Source: an uncultured Clostridia bacterium (GTDB taxonomy: Bacteria; Bacillota; Clostridia; Oscillospirales; CAG-272). From it: DNA of 64,000 nt. The translations under genes and the position numbers were made by a program. The stretch covers positions 1,563 through 65,562 of the forward strand of contig CALWTY010000004.1 of assembly GCA_944384585.1 (NCBI GenBank), read 5' to 3'. Below, one piece after another: positions 46,839 through 56,295 of this stretch (positions are counted from its first letter, which is position 1; each line of letters begins with the position of its first letter). Under the pieces are notes generated by a model that was not told the DNA's origin, ran no database searches, and was given only the letters and a program-made list of their open reading frames with translations.

Positions 46839-48086
46839 ATGAATGAAACGAACAGACGTGTGGTGGTGACGGGGCTTGGCGCAGTGACGCCGGTCGGCAA
46901 TACCGTCGCGGAGAGCTGGGAGAGCCTGATCACCGGCAAAAACGGCATCGCTCCGATTACACGCTTTGATACGACCGATTCCAAAGCCAAGCTCGGCGCG
47001 GAGGTCAAGAACTTCAACCCTCTCGATTATATGGAAAAATCCGAGATGCTGCGCAGCGACCGCTATACCCATCTGGCGGTGGCGGCGGCGGAACAGGCCA
47101 TGAAGGACAGCGGGGTCGCCGGCAGCGTTGCGCCGGAGCGCTTTTCTGTCTATATCGGCGTCGGCATCGGCGGGATCAGCACGCTGGAAGCGGAGCATAC
47201 CAAGCTGCTGCAGAAGGGCGCGCGCCGCGTCTCCCCGCTCTTCGTTCCGATGATGATTCCGAATATGGCGGCGGGGACAATCGCCATCCGCTATCAATGC
47301 AAGGGAACGGCGATGCCGATCGTAACAGCCTGCGCCTCCGGCTCCAATGCCATCGGTGAGGCGGTTCGTCTGATCCGCCACGGCTATGCCGACGCGGTTA
47401 TTTCGGGAGGCAGCGAGGCTGCCGTGACCCCTCTTTCCATCGCGGGCTTCGTCAATATGCAGGCGCTTTCGGTTTCGGAGGATCCCGATGCCGCCTCGCT
47501 CCCCTTCGACCGTCGCAGAGGCGGCTTCGTGATCGGGGAGGGCTCTGTGGTGCTGGTGCTGGAGGAATATGAGCATGCGGTGTCGCGGGGCGCCCGGATC
47601 TACGGGGAAATCTGCGGCTACGGCTCTACCTGTGACGCGCATCATATCACCGCGCCCGATCCCGACGCAATCGGCGGCTCGGAGGCGATGAAAGCGGCAA
47701 TGCGGGAGGCGGGCTATACCGAGGCCGACCGCGTCTATATCAATGCCCACGGCACCGGAACTCCGATGAACGACCTGACCGAGACGGTCACCATCAAAAA
47801 GGCAATGGGAGAAGAGGCGGCGCGCAGGGCGCTCGTCAGCTCGACGAAATCGATGACGGGGCATATGCTCGGCGCAGCCGGCGCGGTCGAGGCGATGGCT
47901 TGTCTGTTGGCGCTCCGCGACGGGATCATCCCGCCGACGATCAATCTGCTCGAGCCAGATCCCGATTGCGATCTGAATTACACGCCCAACAAGGCGGTCA
48001 AGACGGAGATCGATCTTGCACTTTCCAACTCCCTCGGCTTCGGCGGACATAACGCATGTCTTGCCTTCCGTGCGGTCAGAGGCTGA
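46839..48086 (+). CDS. fabF: 3-oxoacyl-ACP synthase II
   Basis: TACASG, NAHGTGT, KSMTGHMLGAAG, NSLGFGGHN. Confidence 0.97.
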   Translation: MNETNRRVVVTGLGAVTPVGNTVAESWESLITGKNGIAPITRFDTTDSKAKLGAEVKNFNPLDYMEKSEMLRSDRYTHLAVAAAEQAMKDSGVAGSVAPERFSVYIGVGIGGISTLEAEHTKLLQKGARRVSPLFVPMMIPNMAAGTIAIRYQCKGTAMPIVTACASGSNAIGEAVRLIRHGYADAVISGGSEAAVTPLSIAGFVNMQALSVSEDPDAASLPFDRRRGGFVIGEGSVVLVLEEYEHAVSRGARIYGEICGYGSTCDAHHITAPDPDAIGGSEAMKAAMREAGYTEADRVYINAHGTGTPMNDLTETVTIKKAMGEEAARRALVSSTKSMTGHMLGAAGAVEAMACLLALRDGIIPPTINLLEPDPDCDLNYTPNKAVKTEIDLALSNSLGFGGHNACLAFRAVRG

Positions 48087-48098
48087 AAGGATCATGCT

Positions 48099-48536
48099 AT
48101 GAACGAATCTGAAATCAGAAAATATGCCGAGCTGATGAAGGAACTCGGCCTCACAAGGCTGGAGTTCAACGACGACAAGAAGGTCGTCCGGCTCGAGCGT
48201 GCGATTCCCCCTGCCGCCGCGCCGGTGAGCGCCGCTCCCGTTCCGCTGCAGCAGACCGTTCCTGCGGCGTCCACACCGGAGCAGCGCGATTATACAAGCG
48301 TCAGAGCCCCGATGGTCGGTGTCTTTTATTCCGCTCCCGCCGCCAATGCCGAGCCTTTTGTCTCGCCCGGCGACCGCGTGGAGAAGGGAAAGACCCTCTG
48401 CATCATCGAGGCCATGAAGCTGATGAACGAAATCTGCGCGGAGGAAAGCGGCGTGATCACCGAGGTCTGCGTCACCAACGGGCAGGTTGTGGAGTACGGA
48501 ACGGAGCTGTTTCGCTTCAGGAGGGAAAACGCATGA
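48099..48536 (+). CDS. accB: Biotin carboxyl carrier protein
   Basis: APMVGVFY, IEAMKLMNEI. Confidence 0.96.
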   Translation: MNESEIRKYAELMKELGLTRLEFNDDKKVVRLERAIPPAAAPVSAAPVPLQQTVPAASTPEQRDYTSVRAPMVGVFYSAPAANAEPFVSPGDRVEKGKTLCIIEAMKLMNEICAEESGVITEVCVTNGQVVEYGTELFRFRRENA

Positions 48537-48949
48537 ACAAAGAGGAGATCATGAAGCTCCTGCCTCACCGCGAGGATATGCTGCTTCTGGACGACGCCGG
48601 GCGGGATGGCGAGGAGGCGGTCGGGCACTACACCGTGCGGGGAGACGAATTCTTCCTGCGGGGGCATTTCCCCGGCAATCCGATCGTGCCCGGCGTGATC
48701 CTCTGCGAGATCCTGGCACAGTCGGCCTGCGTGCTGCTGGAAGGCGCGCTGACCGAGGGGCAGACGCCGGTTTATACCGGGCTTGATAAGGTTCGCTTCC
48801 GCAGCCCCGTCCGCCCCGGCGATACCATACAGACCCGCTGTCGGATCAAGCGGGCAAAGCATCCGTTCTACTTCGCGGAGGGGACGGCCTCGGTCGGAGA
48901 TCGGGTTTGCGTGACGGCGGAATTTTCCTTTGCCGTTACGGGGAGCTGA
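48533..48949 (+). CDS. fabZ: 3-hydroxyacyl-ACP dehydratase
   Basis: LPHR, GHFPGNPIVPGVILCEILAQ. Confidence 0.93.
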   Translation: MNKEEIMKLLPHREDMLLLDDAGRDGEEAVGHYTVRGDEFFLRGHFPGNPIVPGVILCEILAQSACVLLEGALTEGQTPVYTGLDKVRFRSPVRPGDTIQTRCRIKRAKHPFYFAEGTASVGDRVCVTAEFSFAVTGS

Positions 48950-48952
48950 ACG

Positions 48953-50260
48953 ATGTTTTCCAAAATTCTGATCGCCAATCGCGGAGAGATCGCCGTCCGG
49001 ATCATCCGTGCCTGCAAGGAAATGGGGATTGCCACCGTCGCCGTCTGCTCCGAGGCCGACCGCAATGCGCTGCACGCGGCGCTTGCCGACGAATGCTACT
49101 GCATCGGCCCTGCCGAGGCGCAGGAGAGCTATCTGAACGAAAACCGGATCATTGCAACGGCGCTTCTGGCCGGTGCGCAGGCGATCCATCCCGGATACGG
49201 CTTTCTCTCGGAGAATGCCCATTTTGCAAGGCTCTGCCGCAAGAACGGAATCGTCTTCATCGGCCCTGCGCCCGAGAGCATGGAGCGCCTGAGCGACAAA
49301 GCGGTTCTGAAAAAGCTGATTGAGAAGACGGGACTGACGGTTATTCCCGGTACGGAGGCGGTCTCCTCCGTTGCAGAGGCGACGGAGGCGGCGCGCGCCA
49401 TCGGGTATCCCGTGATGCTCAAGGCCTGCTCCGGCGGCGGCGGACGGGGAATTCGCCTGATCCGATCGGAGGAAGAGCTTGAGCCCGCCTATCTTCAGGC
49501 GACGGCGGAGGCACAGACCTCCTTCGGAGACGGCTCCGTTTATCTTGAAAAATACATTTATCCCGCAAGGCACGTCGAGTTTCAGATCATGGCCGACGAG
49601 CAGGGCAACGTCGTCTGCCTCGGAGAGCGGGACTGCTCACTGCAGAGACGGAATCAGAAACTGCTGGAGGAGACGCCGTCGCCGGCGGTCTCCGGGCAGA
49701 TGCGGCAGCGGATGACGGAGCTGGTGATCGAGGCGGTGAAGACGATCGGATATGTCGGCCTCGGCACGCTGGAATTCCTCCTCGACCGGGAGGGCAATTT
49801 CTGGTTTATGGAGATGAATGTCAGGCTTCAGGTGGAGCATTGCGTGACGGAAATGCTCACCGGCATCGATCTTGTCAAGTGGCAGATCCGCATTGCGGCG
49901 GGGATCGGGATCGGATTCAGTCAGCAGAGCATCCGCTTCTCCGGCTCTGCCATCGAATGCCGCATCAACGCGCAGAACTGCGGGACGCTTCGGATGCTAC
50001 ATGTCCCGGGCGGACCCTTCGTCCGCTTTGATACCTGTCTCATCGAGGGAACGACCGTTACCCCCTACTACGACCCGCTGCTCGGGAAGCTGATCGTTCA
50101 CGCCGCGACAAGGGAGGAGGCGCTTCGGAAGATGCGCGCCGCACTCTGTGAGCTGGTGATCGACGGGATTTCCACGAATATCGAGGAGCAGCTTCGCTTT
50201 GTCGATGACGAGCGCTTTATCCTCGGAAACTATGATCTGACCTTTATGGGAAGCCGATGA
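48953..50260 (+). CDS. accC: Biotin carboxylase
   Basis: LIANRGEIA, HPGYGFLSEN, ERDCSLQRRNQK, EMNVRLQVEH. Confidence 0.97.
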   Translation: MFSKILIANRGEIAVRIIRACKEMGIATVAVCSEADRNALHAALADECYCIGPAEAQESYLNENRIIATALLAGAQAIHPGYGFLSENAHFARLCRKNGIVFIGPAPESMERLSDKAVLKKLIEKTGLTVIPGTEAVSSVAEATEAARAIGYPVMLKACSGGGGRGIRLIRSEEELEPAYLQATAEAQTSFGDGSVYLEKYIYPARHVEFQIMADEQGNVVCLGERDCSLQRRNQKLLEETPSPAVSGQMRQRMTELVIEAVKTIGYVGLGTLEFLLDREGNFWFMEMNVRLQVEHCVTEMLTGIDLVKWQIRIAAGIGIGFSQQSIRFSGSAIECRINAQNCGTLRMLHVPGGPFVRFDTCLIEGTTVTPYYDPLLGKLIVHAATREEALRKMRAALCELVIDGISTNIEEQLRFVDDERFILGNYDLTFMGSR

Positions 50261-50324
50261 CGGCGGGCGGCGTACCGGAAGGACGATTCCGCATTCCCCG
50301 ACGGGGTGCCGATAGGGAGGCAAT

Positions 50325-51188
50325 ATGCCACTGTTTAATTTTTTGAAACCGAAAAATCAGCTTGAGGAAGGGGGACGCAGCGCAGCGCCCGTCCAGCAGG
50401 ACGAGGGCGAGCCGGTCAGAACCTGTCCCAACTGCCGCAAGGAAATTCCCATCAGTCGTCTGCAGAACAATCGCCTCGTCTGCTCCTGCGGCCATCATTT
50501 CAGAATGCGGGCAAGACAGCGCATTCTGATGATTACCGACAAAAACACCTTTTCGGAGCTGTTTGCCGAGGTGCAGTCAAGGGACAGCATCGGCTTCCCC
50601 GGATATCCCGAAAAGCTCGAAACCGTCCGCGCCGCCAGCGGCGAGGAGGAGGCGGTCATCTGCGGAACGGCGATGATCGGAAAGCAGAAATGCTGCCTCT
50701 TCGTGATGGAGCCGACCTTTATGATGGGAAGCATGGGGAGCGCCGTCGGTGAAAGGATCACACGCCTTTTTGAGTACGCGCTGGAAAATCGCCTGCCGGT
50801 CATCGGTTTTACCGTTTCGGGAGGAGCGCGGATGCAGGAGGGGCTTGTTTCCCTGATGCAGATGGCCAAGACCAGTGCCGCCGTAAGGCGCCATTCCGAT
50901 GCGGGACTGCTTTATATCGCGGTGCTGACCGATCCCACAACGGGAGGGGTCACCGCCAGCTTTGCCATGGAGGGCGATATTACATTGGCCGAGCCCGGCG
51001 CAACCGTCGGCTTCGCCGGTGCCCGGGTGATTGAGCAGACGACAAGAAAGCAGCTGCCGAAGGGCTTCCAAACGGCGGAATTCCTTCTGGAGCATGGCTT
51101 TGTCGACGCCATTGCGGACCGGAAGGAGCAGAAAAAGCTCCTGACCGAGCTGCTGAAGCTGCATAACGGAGGTGTCGGGAATGAGTGA
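50325..51188 (+). CDS. accD: Carboxyltransferase beta subunit
   Basis: CPNC..CSC Zn finger, MGSMG, SGGARMQEG, PTTGGVTASFA. Confidence 0.96.
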   Translation: MPLFNFLKPKNQLEEGGRSAAPVQQDEGEPVRTCPNCRKEIPISRLQNNRLVCSCGHHFRMRARQRILMITDKNTFSELFAEVQSRDSIGFPGYPEKLETVRAASGEEEAVICGTAMIGKQKCCLFVMEPTFMMGSMGSAVGERITRLFEYALENRLPVIGFTVSGGARMQEGLVSLMQMAKTSAAVRRHSDAGLLYIAVLTDPTTGGVTASFAMEGDITLAEPGATVGFAGARVIEQTTRKQLPKGFQTAEFLLEHGFVDAIADRKEQKKLLTELLKLHNGGVGNE

Positions 51189-51987
51189 AACGGCCTATGA
51201 CAAGGTAAAACTTGCAAGAAAAAACGACCGGCCGACCGGTCTTGACTATATCCGAGGGATTTTCAAGGGATTCATCGAGCTGCACGGAGACCGTCGCTTC
51301 GGTGATGATCCCGCCGTGGTCGGCGGCCTTGCCTGCATCAGCGGCATCCCGGTGACGGTGATTGCCATTGAAAAGGGTCATACGGCGCGGGAGCGCGCCA
51401 TGCGGAATTTCGGCGCACCGAATCCGGAGGGATATCGGAAGGCGCTTCGCCTGATGAAGCAGGCCGAAAAATTCGGACGCCCCGTCGTTTGCCTGATCGA
51501 TACCTCCGGCGCATTCTGCGGAATCGGCGCGGAGGAACGGGGACAGGGGCAGGCGATTGCCGAAAATCTCACGGAGATGTCGGCGCTGCGCGTTCCGATC
51601 CTGTCGATCCTCGTCGGAGAGGGCGGCAGCGGCGGCGCTCTGGCGCTGGCGGCGGCAGACCGCGTCTTTATGCTGGAGAACGCCGTTTATTCCGTGATTT
51701 CCCCCGAGGGCTGCGCCAGCATCCTCTGGAAGGACGCGACCAAGGCGGAGGAAGCGTCGGAGCATCTCCGACTGACGGCGCAGGATGCGCTTTCGCTCGG
51801 TATCATCGAGAGGATCATCCCCGAAGCCGACATCGGCACCAAGGTCTTTTACGATCGTCTTCGGACCCTCATCGGTGAGGAAATCAAGGCGCTGATAAAG
51901 ACTCCCGGGCTTGTCTCGCAGCGGTATGCCCGCTTCCGCGGCATTGGCTCGGACGAAGCCGCCAAACTTACTGCGAATGAAGGATAA
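51181..51987 (+). CDS. accA: Carboxyltransferase alpha subunit
   Basis: ELHGDR, PEGYRKALR, IDTSGA, GEGGSGGAL, SVISPEGCASILW. Confidence 0.96.
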   Translation: MSETAYDKVKLARKNDRPTGLDYIRGIFKGFIELHGDRRFGDDPAVVGGLACISGIPVTVIAIEKGHTARERAMRNFGAPNPEGYRKALRLMKQAEKFGRPVVCLIDTSGAFCGIGAEERGQGQAIAENLTEMSALRVPILSILVGEGGSGGALALAAADRVFMLENAVYSVISPEGCASILWKDATKAEEASEHLRLTAQDALSLGIIERIIPEADIGTKVFYDRLRTLIGEEIKALIKTPGLVSQRYARFRGIGSDEAAKLTANEG

Positions 51988-51990
51988 ACC

Positions 51991-53637
51991 ATGAGTATAT
52001 ACCAAAAATTTTGCCGCGAGACGGTCGACGACGCGGGACGGCTCGTTCACTTCGAGCTTGACTTTCCGGAGCATTTCAATTTCGGATATGACGTGGTCGA
52101 TGCGATCGCGGAGCAGACCCCCGACAAACGGGCGCTGGTCTGGTGCAATACCGAGAACGAGGAGCGCTTCTTCAGCTTCGGAGAGCTGCGCGACCTCAGC
52201 AATCGGGCAGCCAACGTACTCCGTGCGGCGGGTCTGAAGCGGGGGGACAGAGTCCTGCTCATCCTCAAGCGTCATTATGAGTATTGGATCGCCGTCCTCG
52301 CGCTGCATAAGCTGGGCATCACCGCCATCCCCGCGACCCATATGCTGACCGAAAGCGATTTTGAATACCGCCTGAAGGCATCCGGAGCGGCCGGCGCGAT
52401 CTGCACCCCGCAGAACGGCGTCCCGGAAAAGCTGGCGGCGGCGGTCAGGAAGACGGGGGTTTCCTGTAAGCTGTGGTGCGTGCAGCAAAAGATCGAGGGC
52501 TTTTCCGATTTCACAGAAGAACTGAAAAACGCCTCTCCCTTCCTTCCCCGAATCGCAACCGACGTCTCCGATCCGATGCTTCTCTACTTTACCTCCGGAA
52601 CGACAGGATATCCCAAGGGGGTCATTCATGACTTCTCCTATCCTCTTGCCCATATCGTCACGGCGAAATACTGGCAGCAGGCGGAGGAGGGAGGCCTTCA
52701 TTTTACCGTGGCGGAAACCGGCTGGGGCAAGGCGTCCTGGGGCAAGATCTACGGACAGTGGCTGGTCGGGAGCGCCGTCATGGTCTTTGATTTCGATAAT
52801 TTCGATCCGCGTCAGCTTACGGCGGTGATCAATCGCTACGGTGTGACCTCCTTCTGCGCCCCTCCTACCGTATACCGTTATCTCGTCAGAAAGGAGCTTC
52901 CTCCGATGCCTACCCTCCGCCATGCCTCGACGGCTGGGGAGATGCTGGCGCCCCGTGTTTTCCGTCTCTTTACCGAGAAGACCGGGATTCCGCTCTGCGA
53001 GGGCTACGGGCAGACCGAGACCGCCATGCTTCTCGGCAATCTCAAAGGGGAAGTGCCGGTCGACGGTTCGATGGGGCGGGAATCCCCGCTGTATCATGTC
53101 GAGCTGCGCAACGACGACGGCAGTCCGACACCGAGAGGCGAGGTGGGAGAGCTTGTCGTCGTGCCGCCGGCGGGCGGCCGTCAGCCCGGCCTCTTCAGCG
53201 CCTATCTCGATAATGAGGAGCAGTACCGCTATGTCTGGCGCGGCGGAGTTTATCATACCGGAGACGTTGCCTGGCAGGATGAGGAGGGAGTCTATTGGTT
53301 TCACGGCCGCTTTGACGATATCATCAAGACGGGCGGCTTCCGCGTCGGTCCGTATGAGATCGAAAACGTGCTGATGAAGCATCCCTCCGTGGTGGAATGC
53401 AGCGTGGTCGGAATTCCCGATCCTCTGCGCGGGCAGGCCATTAAAGCCGTGATCGTCCTTTCTCCCGAATATGCCCCCTCAAGGGAGCTTGAAAAGGAGA
53501 TCCGCGACTTCTGCAACGCAAGGCTTGCCGAGTATAAATGGATCCGCTCCATCGATTTTGCCGCCGAGCTTCCCAAAACCATCAGCGGGAAGATCAGGAA
53601 AAACGTTCTTCGCGGCACTGCCGACGAGGAAACGTGA
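51991..53637 (+). CDS. AMP-forming short/medium-chain acyl-CoA synthetase (ACSM/AAE-like)
   Basis: YFTSGTTGYPKGV, AETGWGKASWGKIYGQW, EGYGQTET, YHTGD, PKTISGKI. Confidence 0.9.
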   Translation: MSIYQKFCRETVDDAGRLVHFELDFPEHFNFGYDVVDAIAEQTPDKRALVWCNTENEERFFSFGELRDLSNRAANVLRAAGLKRGDRVLLILKRHYEYWIAVLALHKLGITAIPATHMLTESDFEYRLKASGAAGAICTPQNGVPEKLAAAVRKTGVSCKLWCVQQKIEGFSDFTEELKNASPFLPRIATDVSDPMLLYFTSGTTGYPKGVIHDFSYPLAHIVTAKYWQQAEEGGLHFTVAETGWGKASWGKIYGQWLVGSAVMVFDFDNFDPRQLTAVINRYGVTSFCAPPTVYRYLVRKELPPMPTLRHASTAGEMLAPRVFRLFTEKTGIPLCEGYGQTETAMLLGNLKGEVPVDGSMGRESPLYHVELRNDDGSPTPRGEVGELVVVPPAGGRQPGLFSAYLDNEEQYRYVWRGGVYHTGDVAWQDEEGVYWFHGRFDDIIKTGGFRVGPYEIENVLMKHPSVVECSVVGIPDPLRGQAIKAVIVLSPEYAPSRELEKEIRDFCNARLAEYKWIRSIDFAAELPKTISGKIRKNVLRGTADEET

Positions 53638-53643
53638 AAAATT

Positions 53644-53682
53644 ACCGCTTTTCCCGGAAAAGGGAAAGGCGGTGCTTTTTTT
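53644..53682 (+). terminator. Terminator of the fab operon
   Basis: ACCGC-TTTTCCC..GGGAAA-GGCGGT followed by T7. Confidence 0.7.
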
Positions 53683-53718
53683 GTCGGAGGATTCGGGGGG
53701 AAAACCTTTCGGGAATGA

Positions 53719-53745
53719 TTGACATTTTCGGGGAATATGATATAA
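53719..53745 (+). promoter_or_regulatory. Promoter of the PAS-SARP regulator
   Basis: TTGACA-N15-TATAAT with extended TG; TTTCGGGAAT direct repeats at 53707 and 53726 flank the -35. Confidence 0.55.
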
Positions 53746-53829
53746 TGGTATCCGTAACGGGGAAAATTCCCCGCAAGAGTCCTCCCGCAGCACGGGAAAC
53801 CGCGCTGCTGCCGTAGACCTGGAGATATC

Positions 53830-54684
53830 ATGGATCATTTTCTGACGAATGCCGAAGAGGTTTTCAGCCGCCATATCAGCGGCTTTCATCTGTATATTCT
53901 GAAGCCGTCGATACGGCTGTCCTATGTCAGCGAAAGTCTTTGCCGTCTGACCGGCTACACAAGAGAGGAGCTTCTCGATCGGGATACCGATATCTACTCC
54001 GCGCTGCTGCATCCCTCCGATGCGCCGCTGTTTTCGGAATTCTTAAGAAGGCTGGCCTCGGAAGAGAAGATGCAGACTGCGCAGTATCGGCTGGTACGGA
54101 AGGACGGATCGCTGATCCATGTCAGCGAAACCGCCTCCTGCGGGCGTCTTTCCGACGGTACGCCGGTCGCGTATTGCGTACTGGTGGAGCTTACCCCGAT
54201 GAAAGGCGGCGCGGAGCAGAGTCAGAAGCCGCCGCTGCCTTCCGGTCCCTTGCCGCTGCCGACGGCAAAAAAGGTCTACGTCCGCACCTTCGGCTATTTC
54301 GACGTCTTCATCAATGAGATTCCCATCGCGTTCCGCAATCAGAAATCGAAGGAACTGCTGGCGCTCCTGATCGATCGCCGCGGCGGCTATGTCTCCTCGG
54401 AGGAGGCGATCAGCTATCTCTGGGAGAACGAGCCCATCAATCAGGTCACGATGGCGCGCTACCGAAAGGTCGCAATGCGTCTGAAGCTGATTCTGGAGGA
54501 ATATGGGATTTCCGATATTGTCAGAACCGTCAACGGCAAGCGCTGCATCGTGCCGGGAAAGGTGCGCTGCGATCTCTACAATTATTTGTCGGGAGAGGAA
54601 AAATATTCCCAGCTCTTCAAGGGAAGCTACCTGACCAATTACAGCTGGGGCGAGGTGACGCTCGCCGAGTTGTCGGGGGTGTGA
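53830..54684 (+). CDS. One-component regulator: N-terminal PAS domain + SARP-type (OmpR-like) winged helix with short BTAD-like tail
   Basis: YVSESLCRLTGYTREEL..LLHPSD..YRLVRKDGSLIHV (PAS); VRTFGYFDVF..KSKELLALLIDRRGGYVSSEEAISYLWE..FKGSYLTNYSW; no receiver domain. Confidence 0.8.
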   Translation: MDHFLTNAEEVFSRHISGFHLYILKPSIRLSYVSESLCRLTGYTREELLDRDTDIYSALLHPSDAPLFSEFLRRLASEEKMQTAQYRLVRKDGSLIHVSETASCGRLSDGTPVAYCVLVELTPMKGGAEQSQKPPLPSGPLPLPTAKKVYVRTFGYFDVFINEIPIAFRNQKSKELLALLIDRRGGYVSSEEAISYLWENEPINQVTMARYRKVAMRLKLILEEYGISDIVRTVNGKRCIVPGKVRCDLYNYLSGEEKYSQLFKGSYLTNYSWGEVTLAELSGV

Positions 54685-54727
54685 ATTGCTTCTCGATCCT
54701 CCCCAAAGCATACTTTTCACAAGCATA

Positions 54728-54778
54728 CTCCCCCCGATGCGAACGATTGATCTCGTCCGTATCGGGGGGAGCTTTTTT
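54728..54778. terminator. Terminator between convergent genes
   Basis: CTCCCCCCGATGCG...CGTATCGGGGGGAG followed by a T-tract. Confidence 0.7.
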
Positions 54779-54797
54779 GATTCAAAAATGAAACGGA

Positions 54798-56243
54798 TCA
54801 GTCGCGGCGCTCGCGGAGATGGATATGGCTGAGGCGCTCGTATTCGTCAAAGTCGAGGGCTCTTACGATATCTTCCAGCTCCATGTCGCCCATGGCGGTG
54901 TTGCGTCCGTCTGCATACTGACGGTCGACCTCCTCCTTGATCATGGCGACGAGGGGACTGCGCTTGTCGATGGCGTCCTCTCCCGTCAGACGGAAATAGC
55001 CGTTGATCCAGAAGGCGATGCCGGCAAGGCCGCTGTGCGAGTCGACGGCAACGGTGGCGGGGCGGCCGAGAATCTTCTCGGTGTCGAAGATATTGTAGAT
55101 CTCCTGATCCTTGAGCAGACCGTCGGCATGGATGCCGGCGCGGGTGACGTTGAAGTTCCGTCCGACAAAGGGCGTCCGCGGCGGGATCTCATATCCGATC
55201 TCCTGCTCGAAGTAGTTGGCGATTTCGGTGATGACCGAGAGATCCATTCCGTCGGTCGTGCCGCGGAGGGAGGCATATTCGATCGCCATCGCTTCCAGGG
55301 GGCAGTTTCCCGTCCGTTCTCCGATGCCGAGGAGGGAACAGTTGACGCCGGAGCAGCCGTAGAGCCAGGCGGTGGAGGCATTGGTCACGACCTTATAGAA
55401 ATCGTTGTGGCCGTGCCATTCGATCATGCTGCTGGGGAAGCCCGCATAATGCTGTAACCCGTAGACGATGCCGGGCACGCTTCTCGGCAGGGCTGCGCCG
55501 GGATAGGAGACGCCGAAGCCCATCGTATCGCAGGCGCGGATGCGGATCGGGATGCCGGATTCCTCTGACAGGCCGGCCAGCGCCTCGGCAAAGGGAACGA
55601 CAAAGCCGTAATAATCGGCGCGGGTGATGTCCTCGAAATGGCAGCGCGGACGGATTCCCTTGTCCAGCACGCTTTTGACGATGCCGAGATACTTGTCCAT
55701 CGCTTTGGCGCGGGTCAGTCCCATTTTATTGTAGATGTGATAATCGGAGCAGGAGACAAGCACGCCGGTCTCCTTCAGACCGAGCGACTTGACAAGGTCG
55801 AAATCCTTCTCGTTGGCGCGGATCCAGCTTGTGACCTCCGGGAACTCATATCCGAGGGCGAGGCATTCCTCCACGGCGCGGCGATCCTTCTCGGAATAGA
55901 CGAAGAATTCGCTCTGACGGATCAGTCCGTTCGGTCCGCCGAGCTTGTGGAGCAGTTTGAAGAGGTCGGTGATCTGCCTGACCGTGAAGGGGGAGGTGGA
56001 TTGCTGACCGTCGCGGAAGGTGGTGTCGGTAATCCAGATTTCCTCCGGCATATTGACAGGGACGTAGCGATGATTGAAGGAAATCTTCGGGATCGATTCA
56101 TAATCGAAGAGCTGACGGTAGAGATTCGGGCTCTGACGATCCTGAAGCTGATATTTATAGGCGGATTGCTCAAGCAGGTTGGTGGCGCGTGAGAATTCAA
56201 GCTCCTGACCCTGTTGAATCGGTCGATTGGGGTGTTTCTGCAT
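54798..56243 (-). CDS. Re-citrate synthase (DRE-TIM family, often annotated as isopropylmalate synthase-like)
   Basis: IWITDTTFRDGQQ, EFPEVTSWIRA, SCSDYHI, RCHFEDITRAD, HGHNDF, GIGERTGN; no LeuA regulatory domain; resembles Clostridium kluyveri Re-citrate synthase from memory. Confidence 0.85.
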   Translation of the reverse strand: MQKHPNRPIQQGQELEFSRATNLLEQSAYKYQLQDRQSPNLYRQLFDYESIPKISFNHRYVPVNMPEEIWITDTTFRDGQQSTSPFTVRQITDLFKLLHKLGGPNGLIRQSEFFVYSEKDRRAVEECLALGYEFPEVTSWIRANEKDFDLVKSLGLKETGVLVSCSDYHIYNKMGLTRAKAMDKYLGIVKSVLDKGIRPRCHFEDITRADYYGFVVPFAEALAGLSEESGIPIRIRACDTMGFGVSYPGAALPRSVPGIVYGLQHYAGFPSSMIEWHGHNDFYKVVTNASTAWLYGCSGVNCSLLGIGERTGNCPLEAMAIEYASLRGTTDGMDLSVITEIANYFEQEIGYEIPPRTPFVGRNFNVTRAGIHADGLLKDQEIYNIFDTEKILGRPATVAVDSHSGLAGIAFWINGYFRLTGEDAIDKRSPLVAMIKEEVDRQYADGRNTAMGDMELEDIVRALDFDEYERLSHIHLRERRD

Positions 56244-56295
56244 TTTTTCCTCCCTGATTCGTCATGACAGTCCGTCGGACTGGAGATATACGAAG

